A stretch of 61,665 bases of DNA, taken from positions 1-61,665 of the forward strand of contig NMRA01000456.1 in assembly GCA_002633005.1 (NCBI GenBank). Reading direction: 5' to 3'. The notes beneath the pieces were generated by a model that was not told where the DNA came from, ran no database searches, and saw only the letters and a list, made by a program, of their open reading frames with translations. Shown here piece by piece: positions 1 to 11,140 of the stretch. A program made the position numbers and the translations under genes. How positions within the stretch are numbered: the stretch's first letter is position 1; each line of letters opens with the position of its first letter. The DNA is from Phoronis australis. Taxonomy: Eukaryota; Animalia; Phoronida.

Positions 1-1
1 T

Positions 2-3000
2 ACTCCGAGTTGTTTCATTTCGGAAGAGGAGGGTCATCTAGACAAAATGCTCAAGGCCGGCGTGATTACTCCGTCTATGAGTGAGTGGGCTGCGGCTCCG
101 GTTTTAATCAGAAAGAAAGCCGACGGTGCAGTCCGGTATTGCATCGACTACAGGAAGCTAAATCGGGTAACCAAAAAGGACTCCTGGCCTTTACCATTGA
201 TAGACGAGTGCATTGATTTACTTGCGGGTAATGTGTGGTTTAGCAAATTAGATGCTAATTCGGCATACTGGCAAATCAAAATACGCGAAGAAGACCGTAA
301 GAAAACGGCTTTCATAACTAAATATGGTCTTTTCGAGTTCAAGTCAATGCCTTTTGGGCTCTGTGGGGCTCCCTCAACCTTTTCACGGGCAATGAGTTTA
401 GTTCTGCGAGGGCTAAACTGGCACACAGTTCTTGCTTTTCTCGACGACATTTTGGTATTGGGTTCTAGTTTTGACGTGCATTTAAACAACCTGCGGGAGG
501 TTTTTGATCGTTTTAGGCAATACCAAATGAGATTGAAACCCAAGAAGTGTTCATTGTTTCAAAAACGCGTTGATTTCTTAGGACGATGGGTGGGCCCTGA
601 GGGGTTAGAAATGGGTCAAGATAATATTGACAAGGTAAAAACCTGGCCTGTTCCAAGAAGTAAAAAACAGTGTCAGAGTTTTCTTGGTTTCGCTAATTAT
701 CATCGTCTTTTTATCAAGGATTTTGCTCGCATTGCGGTGCCACTTTACGAAGTCACTGGGTCCTCTCCCTTTGCGTGGGGGGAGAAGCAGCAGTTAGCTT
801 TTGAAGAGCTTAAGGTGGTTTTAACATCGCCACCCGTGCTGTCGTTACCCAATAATTATGATGAATTTATCCTCGATTGTGACGCTTCTGATCTTGCGAT
901 TGGTGCTTGTTTGTCGCAAGTTCAGAAGGGTGAGGAAAAGGTTATCTCGTATTCGAGTTTTGCGTTGGTGGATGAGCAAAAGCGGTATTGCACGACTAGG
1001 AAGGAATTATTGGCTGTGGTCCGTTTTACTCATCAATATCGACATTATTTGCTGGGTCGGAATTTCCGCGTGCGGACGGATCATAACAGCTTAACATGGT
1101 TGTTGAATTTTAAATCTCCAAGTGGTCAGATAGCGCGTTGGATTCTGCAGCTGCAACAATTTCCGGGTATGAAGATAGAGTATCGGCCGGGTATAAAGCA
1201 TATTAATGCAGATGCACTTTCCCGTATTTCGGTAGATATTTGCAGCAACTATAAACTGGAAGTTTCTCCAGAACAGCTTCCCTGCGGGGGTTGAGTAAAA
1301 TGTCAAAAAGCTCATAATGACTGGTATAGTTTTTCACAAGAAGTGGATGATTCAACATCTCTTGGTAGCGTGGTGGTCACAAAAGTAGATAAATGTATTG
1401 GTACAGAGAGACAGGTAATTACGGCTTCTGTGGGAAGTCAAGAGCCGGATTTGTCTCGGTATATACCTGATGATCTAGCAGAGCAGGAATTTGGATTGGC
1501 TGTGGTTAATCCAAATCTTTCGAAGTCGAGTGATAGTGTTTTTGTGGAATCGGAATTTTGCGTTGTCAACAACAACTCGACCAGCTCAAACTCCTGCGGG
1601 TATTTTAATGAAGCTGAGTTGCCAATTAAACAAAAAGCTGATGTGGATTTGACTTTTGTTTTCAACTGGTTAAAGGAACAGGTAGTTCCTACAGAGCACG
1701 AATTATTCCTGTCTAGTCCGTCAGCAAAGTTTTACTGGATAAACAAAGATCGGTTTTATATTCAAGGTGATGTGTTGTTTTGGAAGTGTCCGGAGGATGA
1801 CCGAGGGTTAATGGTAATTCCTACATAATTAAAATCGGAGGTCCTGAAAATGTGTCATATCATACCATCGGCGGCCCATCAGGGTATTTTCCGGACTAAG
1901 TCAAAAATAAGGTTAAAATATTTCTGGTATGGTTTGACGAAAGATGTCAAGCATTTCATAGGTTCCTGTGGGGCCTGCAATCAGAACAAGCAGGGCAGTA
2001 GACGTGGTCGATTTCCGATGATTCGTTATCATGCTGGTGCGCCGATGGAACGGGTTCATGTGGATTTTCTGGGGCCATTACCTGTGACAAACCGCGGTAA
2101 TGAACATGTTTTAATGATCGTTGATCAGTTCACCAAATGGGTCGAGTGCATTCCGTTACCTTCCCAAACGGCTGAGGTCACAGCCCATGCGGCGGTCAAC
2201 GAGTTCTTCACACGGTTCGGATATCCGTTTCATATTTTTTCAGATCAGGGAAGGAATTTCGACAGCAAACTTTTTAAGTCGCTGTGCGACCTCCTGCACA
2301 TAAATAAGTCAAGAACAACTCCATACCGTCCGTCTGCGAATGGACAGGTAGAGCGATTTAATCGCACGCTCATGGACGCGGTGAGATGTTACGTGAGTGA
2401 TTATCAAGACGACTGGGATATGTTTATTCCGCAAATTGCTGGGGCAATTCGCTCATCAGTCAACCGACATACTGGTTTCTCTCCAAATATGATGATGTTG
2501 GGACGAGAAGTAAATCAGCCGATAGATCTTATATTTCCGGTGGTCACGTCAGTTAATAATCAACCATCTGGTGATTATGTCGGGAGACTTCAAGGGGCAA
2601 TAAGCAAGGCTCATGAAACGGCGCGTCAATTTCTTCAAACTAGTCAATCTTTGATGAAACGGGACTATGATCTTTCAGTGTTTAGGCGTGTGTTTCATCT
2701 GGGTGATCTTGTGTATATCTTTGACTCGGCAACCGTGAAAGGAAAATGTAAAAAATTATCTCCTCCGTGGAAGGGGCCGGGCATTATTACGGAAGTCTTA
2801 ACTCCAGCGTTGTACCGGGTAAGAGTTAAGAATTCAGTTTCGGTAGTTCATCATGACAGAATAAAATTATGTACAACGCAGTATACTGAATTGCCTGATT
2901 GGTTAAAAAGAGTCATTTCTGCTGGAAATGTCATCAACACCAATACCGGGAATAGGGATCCGGAACTTTTTTGCATTTGTCGCAAGCCCGATCACGGGGG

Positions 3001-3115
3001 GCTCATGATTCAGTGCGATTCGTGTGATGACTGGCTTCATGGGGAATGTGTTGATATTACCGCTACTGATGCAAGGGAAATTGACACTTATTGGTGTCCT
3101 CGGTGTAAGCCATAA
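2..3115 (+). pseudogene. pol: Gypsy pol (RT, RNase H, integrase, C-terminal PHD finger), interrupted by two in-frame stops
   Basis: ORFs 47-1294, 1343-1828 and 1850-3115 share one frame, open from base 2. Motifs: RT CIDYRKLN, MPFGL, FLDD; RNase H DCDAS, ELLAV, RTDH, NADALSR; IN HHCC (CHIIPSAAH..CGAC), D (HVDF), D (SDQG), E (QVERF), GPY/F-like WKGP. Stops TGA 1292-1294 and TAA 1826-1828. Confidence 0.95.
2969..3112 (+). other. PHD finger (C4HC3) fused to integrase C-terminus
   Basis: FCICRKPDHGGLMIQCDSCDDWLHGECVDITATDAREIDTYWCPRC. Confidence 0.93.
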
Positions 3116-3159
3116 CATCATTATGATGTAATAATTACATAACCATGTTTTCGTTGTAG

Positions 3160-4954
3160 ATGTCCAGTTCGCCTGTTTAGATGTTCGTTTGCGAACGAAC
3201 CCAGACCTTCCAATAGCGACCTTCAACGAAGGTGAGTCAGGGGCTGTTGAGATAGTCCCTATGGATGCAGAGTCAGTAGTGGGTAAGTCAACTGAATGCC
3301 AAGGTGAAGCGGATTGTACAGTTGCGGCTGTAGACGAAACACAGTCATCGATTAAAACGCCAGTTAGTCCTGCGGGAATCTCGGGGTCATCTAGTCAGAG
3401 TTCGGTAAGTTCTGCGGGTCTTCCATCTCCCTCCTTTTCGTGCCCGTTATGTCCTTTTACGGGGTCGGAGGCCGAGTTTCGGGCACACGCCCTATTACAT
3501 CTTCCGAAAATATTCAATATATCATCTATTCACATGCTCGCGTTTCCGGGGTTACAGCGTCGTCGCGCTTGGGCGATTCTTCGCCTGTTTTCTTACATAG
3601 AGGGTAGGGAATTGGTGTCCTACAGCGATTTGATGGATATGGGGGGGTTGATCGTGCGCAGTTTGCCATGTATACCATCTGTGTTGCTGGTGGACGAGGT
3701 TGCGATGTTCTTAATATGCCGTGTGATGGGATGGCCGATACCATCTCGTTTTATCGCACCGGATGGTCGCTTAGAGAATCCAGCATGTGTGTTCCTCTGG
3801 TACATTATTTTGGGGATGATGGCACGCGTGTCGGAGGCCCTTCGCTCTGAGTGGATCCGTTGGTGTGATGAAGAGTCCGCATCTACCGAAATGCAGGAAG
3901 TACCATTTATTCCTTTAGCGGCGCCACTGCATCAGACATCTACTGGGCTAGACGTTGCGTCGACTCCTACGAACGGACCGGTGAATGCACCGTTAACAAC
4001 GGGGCCTGTGACTACATCGTTCACCAGTTTTGCTCAGGTAGTTGCAGAGTGTTCGTCTAGGCCGGGGGGGCACCTACTGCGATTTCAACTCCACGCAAAG
4101 TAAAAGCGAATCCTCAGGCTTTGGACTCGCATTTCCACATTAATAGGTTATCTGTGGCCCATCGTGAGAAAACGGGCGTACGGACAGTGGACAGATGGCT
4201 GTCAGTACCAGAACTCCTGGCGGCGGATATAAGCAGGCAACCGACGGTGCCAGTGACCCTCTGTGGGGGGATCGTTGTTTTTTGCGATGCACATGACATC
4301 CGCATTGACCTGGGTGCCTATTTGAAGCAGCTTCCTGCAGGATGGAAGGCAGTCGTAGGCATCCATCCTAAACAGCTCTCCAAATTGGATTTCCGTGCGC
4401 GGGAAGTTATGTTGGGGTTGCTGTCAGAACCAAAGGTAGCAGGGCTTGGGGAAGTCGGATTGGAACAAGGTAGGGACGAGGTATGGCAGGCGCGTGCATT
4501 AGAAGATTTGATAATTCATTTTTGTCAGCTGGAAAAGAAAGAAACTGAATATCGTAGGAAGGTGTCAAGCATGATGTTCATTATGATTGGGGTTTTGCTA
4601 CACTCCGTGAGATTTTGCGGCGTCATGCTCCGCAGAGTATTCGTATGCACCTACACACCTCTGTTGGAAATACAAATGTCGTGCGCGACTTCTGTGAAGA
4701 ATTTCCTTCGTTATTTTGGCTTTTCAGGTTTGATATGCAGGTACAACCGCTTGCAGGTTGCAGCGTTAGACACGGTTCCTCTGCAGCGGTTGTTGTTGGA
4801 AACCGATTCCCCTCACCTTCCGGTAAATACTAATCCTAATTACCCTCAGTTTATAGGGGAGGTCGCGGAAGTTGTGGCAAAGCTAAGGGGGGTGTCCACT
4901 GAGGTGGTTCTGGACGAGAGCGTTCGTAATGGACGAAGCTTATACCGATTATAG
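3160..4954 (+). pseudogene. Accessory ORF2: C2H2-like zinc finger, unknown domain and TatD-family nuclease (frameshifted copy)
   Basis: CPLCPFTGSEAEFRAHALLH near 3441-3500. TatD motifs DSHFH, VGIHPK, GLGEVGL, MHLH (alternate frame, ~4561-4710), YFGFSG, LLLETDSP. ORFs 3189-4103 and 4121-4954 join if the G7 run at 4064-4070 is G8. Confidence 0.85.
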
Positions 4955-5495
4955 AGGGGCTTGAGGGTGGTATATGAGATATTATAGAAATAGTTTTTTT
5001 TCCCTTTCTGTTTTTTATATATATATATATATTTTTTTTTTGTTTATGCCTCTTTATTTTATATTTAGGGGCATTTCCGTCTCGTCTGTTCGGACTTCTT
5101 GTGGATTATATTAGTTGTTTCTTTTTTGTTTTTTGTTGTTTTTGTGTATTAAGTTCTTACTTGAGAGTAAGGGGATGGGTTTTTGGTGGTTTTTTGTGTT
5201 TTTTCCTTTTCGTTGAGTGCCCTTTTCTTTTTAGAGTCAATAGGTTTTGTTTTTAGTCATTGTTCTTCAGGCCACTATGTTTAGGATAATTTTCTTTTGG
5301 GAGGGACGGTTTAGTTGTAAAGTGCTACTAACGTCACATCAAATGTAATTTTTTTTCTTTTTTTCATTAAGTTATTTTATTTTTTCTTTCTTTCTGCGAA
5401 ACTAATGGATGTTTCTTTTGGTTACATTTGGTACGACTGTTGGTCTTCTAACATTTGTTTGGGGGTATTAGGATTAAGTTAGGCATATTCTTTTT

Positions 5496-5509
5496 AGGAA
5501 GGGGGGGAG
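5496..5509 (+). promoter_or_regulatory. Polypurine tract (plus-strand primer)
   Basis: AGGAAGGGGGGGAG immediately followed by TGTCGTG. Confidence 0.88.
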
Positions 5510-6156
5510 TGTCGTGAACGTGTATTCTCTCGTTGTGTGGCGTCATGTGGTGTTGTCTTTGTTCGTCTCTGTGTGTGTGTGGTGTTGACATAGTGAGCCA
5601 GTGATAGGTCACGTGACTCTGGGCACGAGGGGGAATCGGGGAGTCTATGAAAGGGTGTGGACCTAGATAGACGTTCTGGAGAGTGTAACTAGAAGCGCTC
5701 TTACAAGTGTGACACTGATGGCAAGCCCGGACAAGAAGTTGGGTAAGTTGGCTGTCTCTGAGGAATTATAGGCCGCGTTACTATAACATCAACCTCGAGG
5801 GTCTGTGCAGGAGACTAGAGACTAGTTATTGGGAAATCCGAAATCCCATTGGACGACCCGCAGTAGCGAACATTGTTTCCAGGCATTGGTCGTTTCATGA
5901 ACCGTAGCGACACTTAGCGGGCGTGTGCTCCGAAGAAAATAAACATGGTCGGTGGACTTGTGACTGGTTTCCCGCTGTGCGTTATCATAAGATTGCTCCG
6001 GTTTATTAACGTATGAAGACTGCTGTACTATACCGTGCGTTGTGTGCTATGTTTACTGTCATGGAACAATGCAGATGAACAGATGACGCTATCTGTCTAT
6101 CACTCTAACCCCGGCGTACCCAGGACCAAGGTCAAGGAGTGAATATTACTCTGACA
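5510..6156 (+). repeat. 3' LTR of the Gypsy element
   Basis: Starts TGTC after the PPT and ends GACA at 6156 (4-bp inverted termini); AATAAA at 5938-5943. Right end not confirmable without the 5' LTR. Confidence 0.72.
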
Positions 6157-6490
6157 TCTATGCTTTCTATGTTGTGAACTAGTATAAAAGCTTATTATGT
6201 CCTTGGACCTAAAATCTTGGCTCCCTGGATATTATGGTTCTTAACTTTTAGTGCTGTTGAGTGAATATCTTCCCATAATGTGTTTCATGCTTTGACAAAT
6301 CAGTTGTGTTCTTTCAATAGCCTACTCGGTGATTGTCAGTGAATTATCCTAGTGGCATGACCTCTGACTTGGATCCGTGGCTGATTTGATCTGCTTGCTT
6401 CTTCATACTTCAAGTCGTTATTATGCCTGGACATAACTGCACTATACTTGTTTTGTGCCTGCATCTCTGATCGTTTGTGATTGGACCCTA

Positions 6491-6853
6491 CACGGGTGAG
6501 AAACAACATGACCGCGGTCCTCTTAAATCGGACCGCCTCACCCAAAACAGGACCTCCGGGGATCAAATGGGATCGTGGCGCCAGGACTGACGCACCTAAA
6601 AACATGACCGCCCCACCACAAAACAGGACCGCCGGGGACTGAACATCATATGATGACCGCCGGGGATTGAAACCGCATATTGTCCGGCGGTCATCATATG
6701 ATGTTCAGTCCTGTTTTGTGGTGGGGCGGTCATGTTTTTAGGTGCATCAGTCCCATTTTCTGGTGCGACGGTCCCATTTGATCCCCGGAGGTCCTGTTTT
6801 GGGTGAGTCAGTGTGATTTAGAGGACCGGCGGTCATGTTGTTTCTCACCCGTG
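6491..6853. mobile_element. Foldback MITE (CAC...GTG termini, possibly EnSpm/CACTA-type)
   Basis: CACGGGTGAGAAACAACATGACCG ... CGGTCATGTTGTTTCTCACCCGTG; ~170-bp arms nearly self-complementary; repeated GACCGCCGGGGA sub-motif. Confidence 0.85.
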
Positions 6854-8013
6854 CATTAGATACTGGAGATTTGATCTTGTACATTACATAGACTTCTACG
6901 CACTATGTACGTCTGGTAACTGCAGGGATTCACAAGACATGACAGTTCCAGTCGTTTTTTAACCAGCGCCCTTTATAGGCCTGCAATACACTGACTAGTC
7001 TACCATTATGCACAAGCCATGTTCTTATGTTTTCAGCTTTTGGGGCCTTTTTATCAGATATCATCACCTTTTTGGTCACATGCCACTGAATGTCCTGTTT
7101 TGACCCTCATTTCAGTGCTCATGTCTTTGTAAAACTCTTGCAGTTTTTACTTACAGCATCATTTTCACAAAGTCATCCATCTAGTCGGCTGTCGACCAGT
7201 TGCAAACCGAAGGGATGTTTTTCAAGAAAATTTTTATAGCATGGCACTGTGTATTACAAGAATGCTTATTATTTGATTTAAAACTAGGTGTTAGTTAATT
7301 CTGCATTACCTAACTTCAATTTGAATGATGTAAACGTAACTTAGGTAGTTAGTTAGTGTGTGAATTAAGATTTCTAGTTTTATATGGCCAAGCTGTGCTG
7401 TAACATGCGTTTAAGGCCATCAATGCATCAAATCTACTTATTTTCTGCCTACTGTATTTTATCATTGTTTCTACCTCATTTTACTTTTACTTTGTTGTCA
7501 TGGAACATAACTCCATACCGTCCAAATATCAAAACCCGAGAAATTCGGTAAACAACTACCTTTTTTCTGTGCTTACCAAAACACTTCTCTTGTCATTAAC
7601 ATTTTTAGCCTTGTTTACTCGCAGCATATTGTATGACCAAGGGACACAAGGGGTCAGGAGTTGACATTGAAATGTTATCTCATTGATGCTCGCACTACTG
7701 AAGTGGCATACAACGCGAAAAACAGACTAAATTGCATAATTCAAAGTGGTTCTCTGCGCCAGAAACTGAAGTTAAACTGTGCACCAGGTATTTTTACCCT
7801 TTGTTCCGTGCAAATTTTAAATTTCTGTACTTATCAAGGCATTTTTCGTTTAGTTTGAAATACCGAAAACCGATGTGTAAACTCCTCATCGATTTTTCTC
7901 CCAAAAGGCAAAGCAGTCTCCTTATTTGGTATGATAAGACATAGATGCTGGTAGCAAATTTCCCATAATGAAAATGTGACCTTTGTTAAATGGAAATGTT
8001 TAGGAGGGTAATT

Positions 8014-8023
8014 CACGCACATG

Positions 8024-8070
<47 letters not shown>

Positions 8071-8108
8071 ATATGTGTATGTATGTATGTATATATATGT
8101 GTGTGTGT
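8014..8108. repeat. (CA)n microsatellite followed by TG/TA-rich simple repeat
   Basis: Directly visible. Confidence 0.95.
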
Positions 8109-9149
8109 TTATTCCATACGCGTTGAATCTGTCGAGGGAAATACGGCCATGTTTTCCGTATTCACCTCCCGCACTACTTCATCAACAGTGACCTCTGACA
8201 TTGAAGGTTCAAAAGGTAGGTCATTGTGGACTCGACGGCGTTGGCCGGTTAGATCATCAAACTTTCGGAGAATAGCTTAAAATAATACAATTGTAGCAGT
8301 GTAAATACCACTCGATATGCAACCAGGTNACATCTGGAACAGGACTGTTCATTATATGACACTTCTGTCTCAGCTTTCAGTTTCTATATATTATATCGTC
8401 TGCAACTCAGGCACCGATTCTTCGCCGATATCAAACATTGTTGTCACTGGCCATGACAGCACCCGATACTATCGGCGACAGTATTACACGAGCAGCAACG
8501 ACGACCGTCCCAGCAACACGTGAACCATCCATGCTACAGAATCCGTAGCCAGCCAGCTACGTGTAGGCCTAGCTGTATCAACAGACTGTCGTATATTTAG
8601 TATACAGCTATGTACCAAGGCTACAGAATCCGTAGAAATGCGACAATCTACCTGCAACAACGCTACAACAGGCATATTCGCCGGAGCTGTCATCAACGGT
8701 GGCACTTTTAACATCTTCGTGAAAACAGACGACGTGTAGGCTACGCGCTCCGGTCAATGACCTAGTACAGCTACTCGATGAGGATTTTACATGCTCACCC
8801 AGGGGGTGCTCACACTTTTTATCAATTTCAAGTAATAAATCGTTACATTTACTACTGTTTTCTTTTACTATAGTTAGCAACATAACGCGCACGTGCAAAC
8901 AACAGGTTGTGAATAGCCACGTAAACAGTCAGGGTGAAGTATTTATAAAATGCCAAAAGAAAACAACAGAAACTCACGAATTCGATACGTGTGGGATAAA
9001 TACAAAACGTACCTCGAGTGGCGTACATGAAATAATATCCCACGAGACATTATTCCGCCTATCGACCAAGACCGAAGTTTCGCAACGATCTGTTTAAAAA
9101 GTATTTCATGTTTTACGAGTTTACACGTTACAAGCCTCTCTCAATTAAG

Positions 9150-9870
9150 GTGTTAAAAACATTCTCTGATATAGCCAGTAAAATTGTCAACTATACGCTG
9201 AGAAACATCGCACACATACGAACTCTAATTGTTCGTCAACACACATACATCAGTGAACATTTCGGCAGGCTGTGTCGCCTCATTCGATCAGTAGGCCTAA
9301 TTTTTCAAAAAAGTACAAATAATTTCAAAATTCACTTCCATACCTACAAAGCTGGAATGATTTACACCAGAGCCCAGAAACATCAATCGAATTTAAACAA
9401 TAGTCAGCGGCCTACGTGTATTTGGCAAACATTTGCCACAAACATAAGCTTCAAACCGATGCCAATCACACAAGGTATGTGAGACTAAAAGGCTTAATCA
9501 ACTTGGCTGTTACCAGTTTCGAGGAGATACATCTAAGGGCGCAAAAAAACAAAACTGCTACTAGGAGGCCCCACAGTAATTGAAGTCGGAAAACGGTCAG
9601 TCAACCGTCCTCTTCACACTAAGAACATATAAGACAATTTTCACAATCATCCTTAGAGTGGTTTTGCTGAACACAATGAACGCCAAAAACAAACTAGAAA
9701 ACAGTAAAAATGGCCACCAGATGGCGCAAAGTACGTCGAATCCGTCTGAAAACAAGACAATGTCGTGGTTTCTTTAACAGAAAGCTATTTACCAAAGTTT
9801 CACCAAAAATTCGTCGAGGAACTTCAGAAAAACAGAGGAAAACGGGGAAAATGAAATTGCCACTAGGGCT
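9150..9870 (-). mobile_element. Fragment of DINE-1/Helentron-like (HINE) interspersed repeat
   Basis: Shares blocks (AATCATCCTTAGAGTGGTT, CCGTCCTCTTCA, GGCCACCAGATGGCGCAAA) with copies at 24.5-25.4 kb and 29.6-29.9 kb; ends approximate. Confidence 0.55.
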
Positions 9871-11134
9871 CATAAAAAATGAAATTATGAAAGTAATAGT
9901 GACCTAAGACACCACAGAACTTGGCCCATCCAAAGTCTGTTTTTTTCAGTATTTCACACGAGAAACTGTCTATGGTCAGACAGGAACGGTTTCAGTTTCG
10001 GCACTCAGCCTGGGAGGACTGACATTGACCAAAGCTACAACATGTAACCAGAATTCAAATGCTTCAGCGCTCTTGTTCCGCGTGTTGACTCAGTGTTCAC
10101 CTGGGGATCAAATCCGGAAACCATGCATATACGTGCCCTTTGGGAATTTTCGTAAGCTCCGAGTTATAGCGAGTGTGGGGCAAGTAGTCATTGAAGTAAT
10201 TTGCTTAAACACCTTAATACTAAAAATCAGCGTAGGCTACTTTTATCTCTTCAATGGCACGGCATGCCTCGCTGGTTCCCTGCGTCAGTGCTTAGCCCAG
10301 CCAGCTACCGCCCCAACTAGCGGCACGCAGGGAACCAGCGAGCACGGCATGCAAGAATTTTGTGTTAAGCCAGCATCATCAAAAATTGGCTACCATCGTA
10401 GCACCAAAGTTGAATTTCTTTAATATTTTGAAGTACTAGTAGTAAACTCGTGATTGTATAACAACATACTTTCAAAATCTGTTGACCACGAACGCAAAAC
10501 CTAGATATTCATGATCACGAAGGCGCCGCGTTCTCTTGCTCCGTAAATGCACTTGAAATCGTGATTTTTCACGGCGATCGCCGTATGATTTTCTCCCACG
10601 AAAATTCTGTTTCTTTATTCTATTAGCTACAAAAGCGTTTCTGGAATTTTTTTTTTGTTTAGCCAGAGAGCTCGGCTATCAAAATCGCCGACTGAAGAGC
10701 CTTTTCTTCAAGGAATATGGACATCTATACTGTGATATCTCGGTGAAAAAACAAGATTTTTAGAACAAAAACGCAGTCACGTGTCAACGAGCATTTGATG
10801 ATGTGAACATCAGATTCTGTGATCATAGAGGATTTTAAAAATATATAGTTTTATGGGTTTACAATTAATACTTAAATTCATAGTAATTGGATCCTTGGTC
10901 ACCATGGAAGATATCCAATTACCGTACTTCAAGATAAAAATTATAATTGGCCAAGTTCAAAAAATCATTTTTAAGAAAAAGCCCTAATTGTAAACATGCA
11001 TTGCATTGTGAATTAATCAGAACTACCTTATTCTCTCAAAACCAGGCCTGTGTCTGGTCTACATTGGGCTTACCTCCATTTGTACTAAGATAAGGTTAAG
11101 ATCGACTTATTCCTCACAGCAACTTTTGACACAT

Positions 11135-11140
11135 TTTATT
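11135..11140 (-). promoter_or_regulatory. Candidate polyadenylation signal of ELMO
   Basis: AATAAA on the minus strand ~1.27 kb after the ELMO stop codon. Confidence 0.35.

Larger units (their letters stand above)
1..6156 (+). mobile_element. Ty3/Gypsy LTR retrotransposon (5' part outside window) with PHD-finger integrase and accessory ZnF-TatD ORF
   Basis: RT-RNaseH-IN domain order, polypurine tract at 5496-5509 abutting a TG-starting LTR, extra ORF between pol and PPT. Confidence 0.93.

Noticed and set aside
1292-1294. Selenocysteine or programmed readthrough at a TGA in a Cys position
   Set aside because: A second in-frame stop (TAA 1826) and frameshifts in ORF2 show ordinary decay; no SECIS recognised
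3189-4103. env gene
   Set aside because: No signal peptide, furin site plus fusion peptide, or C-terminal TM anchor; it has a zinc finger and joins TatD
4121-4954. Host TATDN1/2/3 gene or bacterial tatD contamination
   Set aside because: Intronless, fused to ORF2, lies between pol and the PPT/LTR, and is decayed like pol; flanks are clearly animal DNA
6160-7330. Decayed coding sequence on the minus strand
   Set aside because: Multiple stops and no recognisable motif, so it cannot be assigned
7634-10902. Large DNA transposon bounded by TGACCAAGG / CCTTGGTCA
   Set aside because: Only a 9-bp inverted match, with no TSD and no transposase ORF
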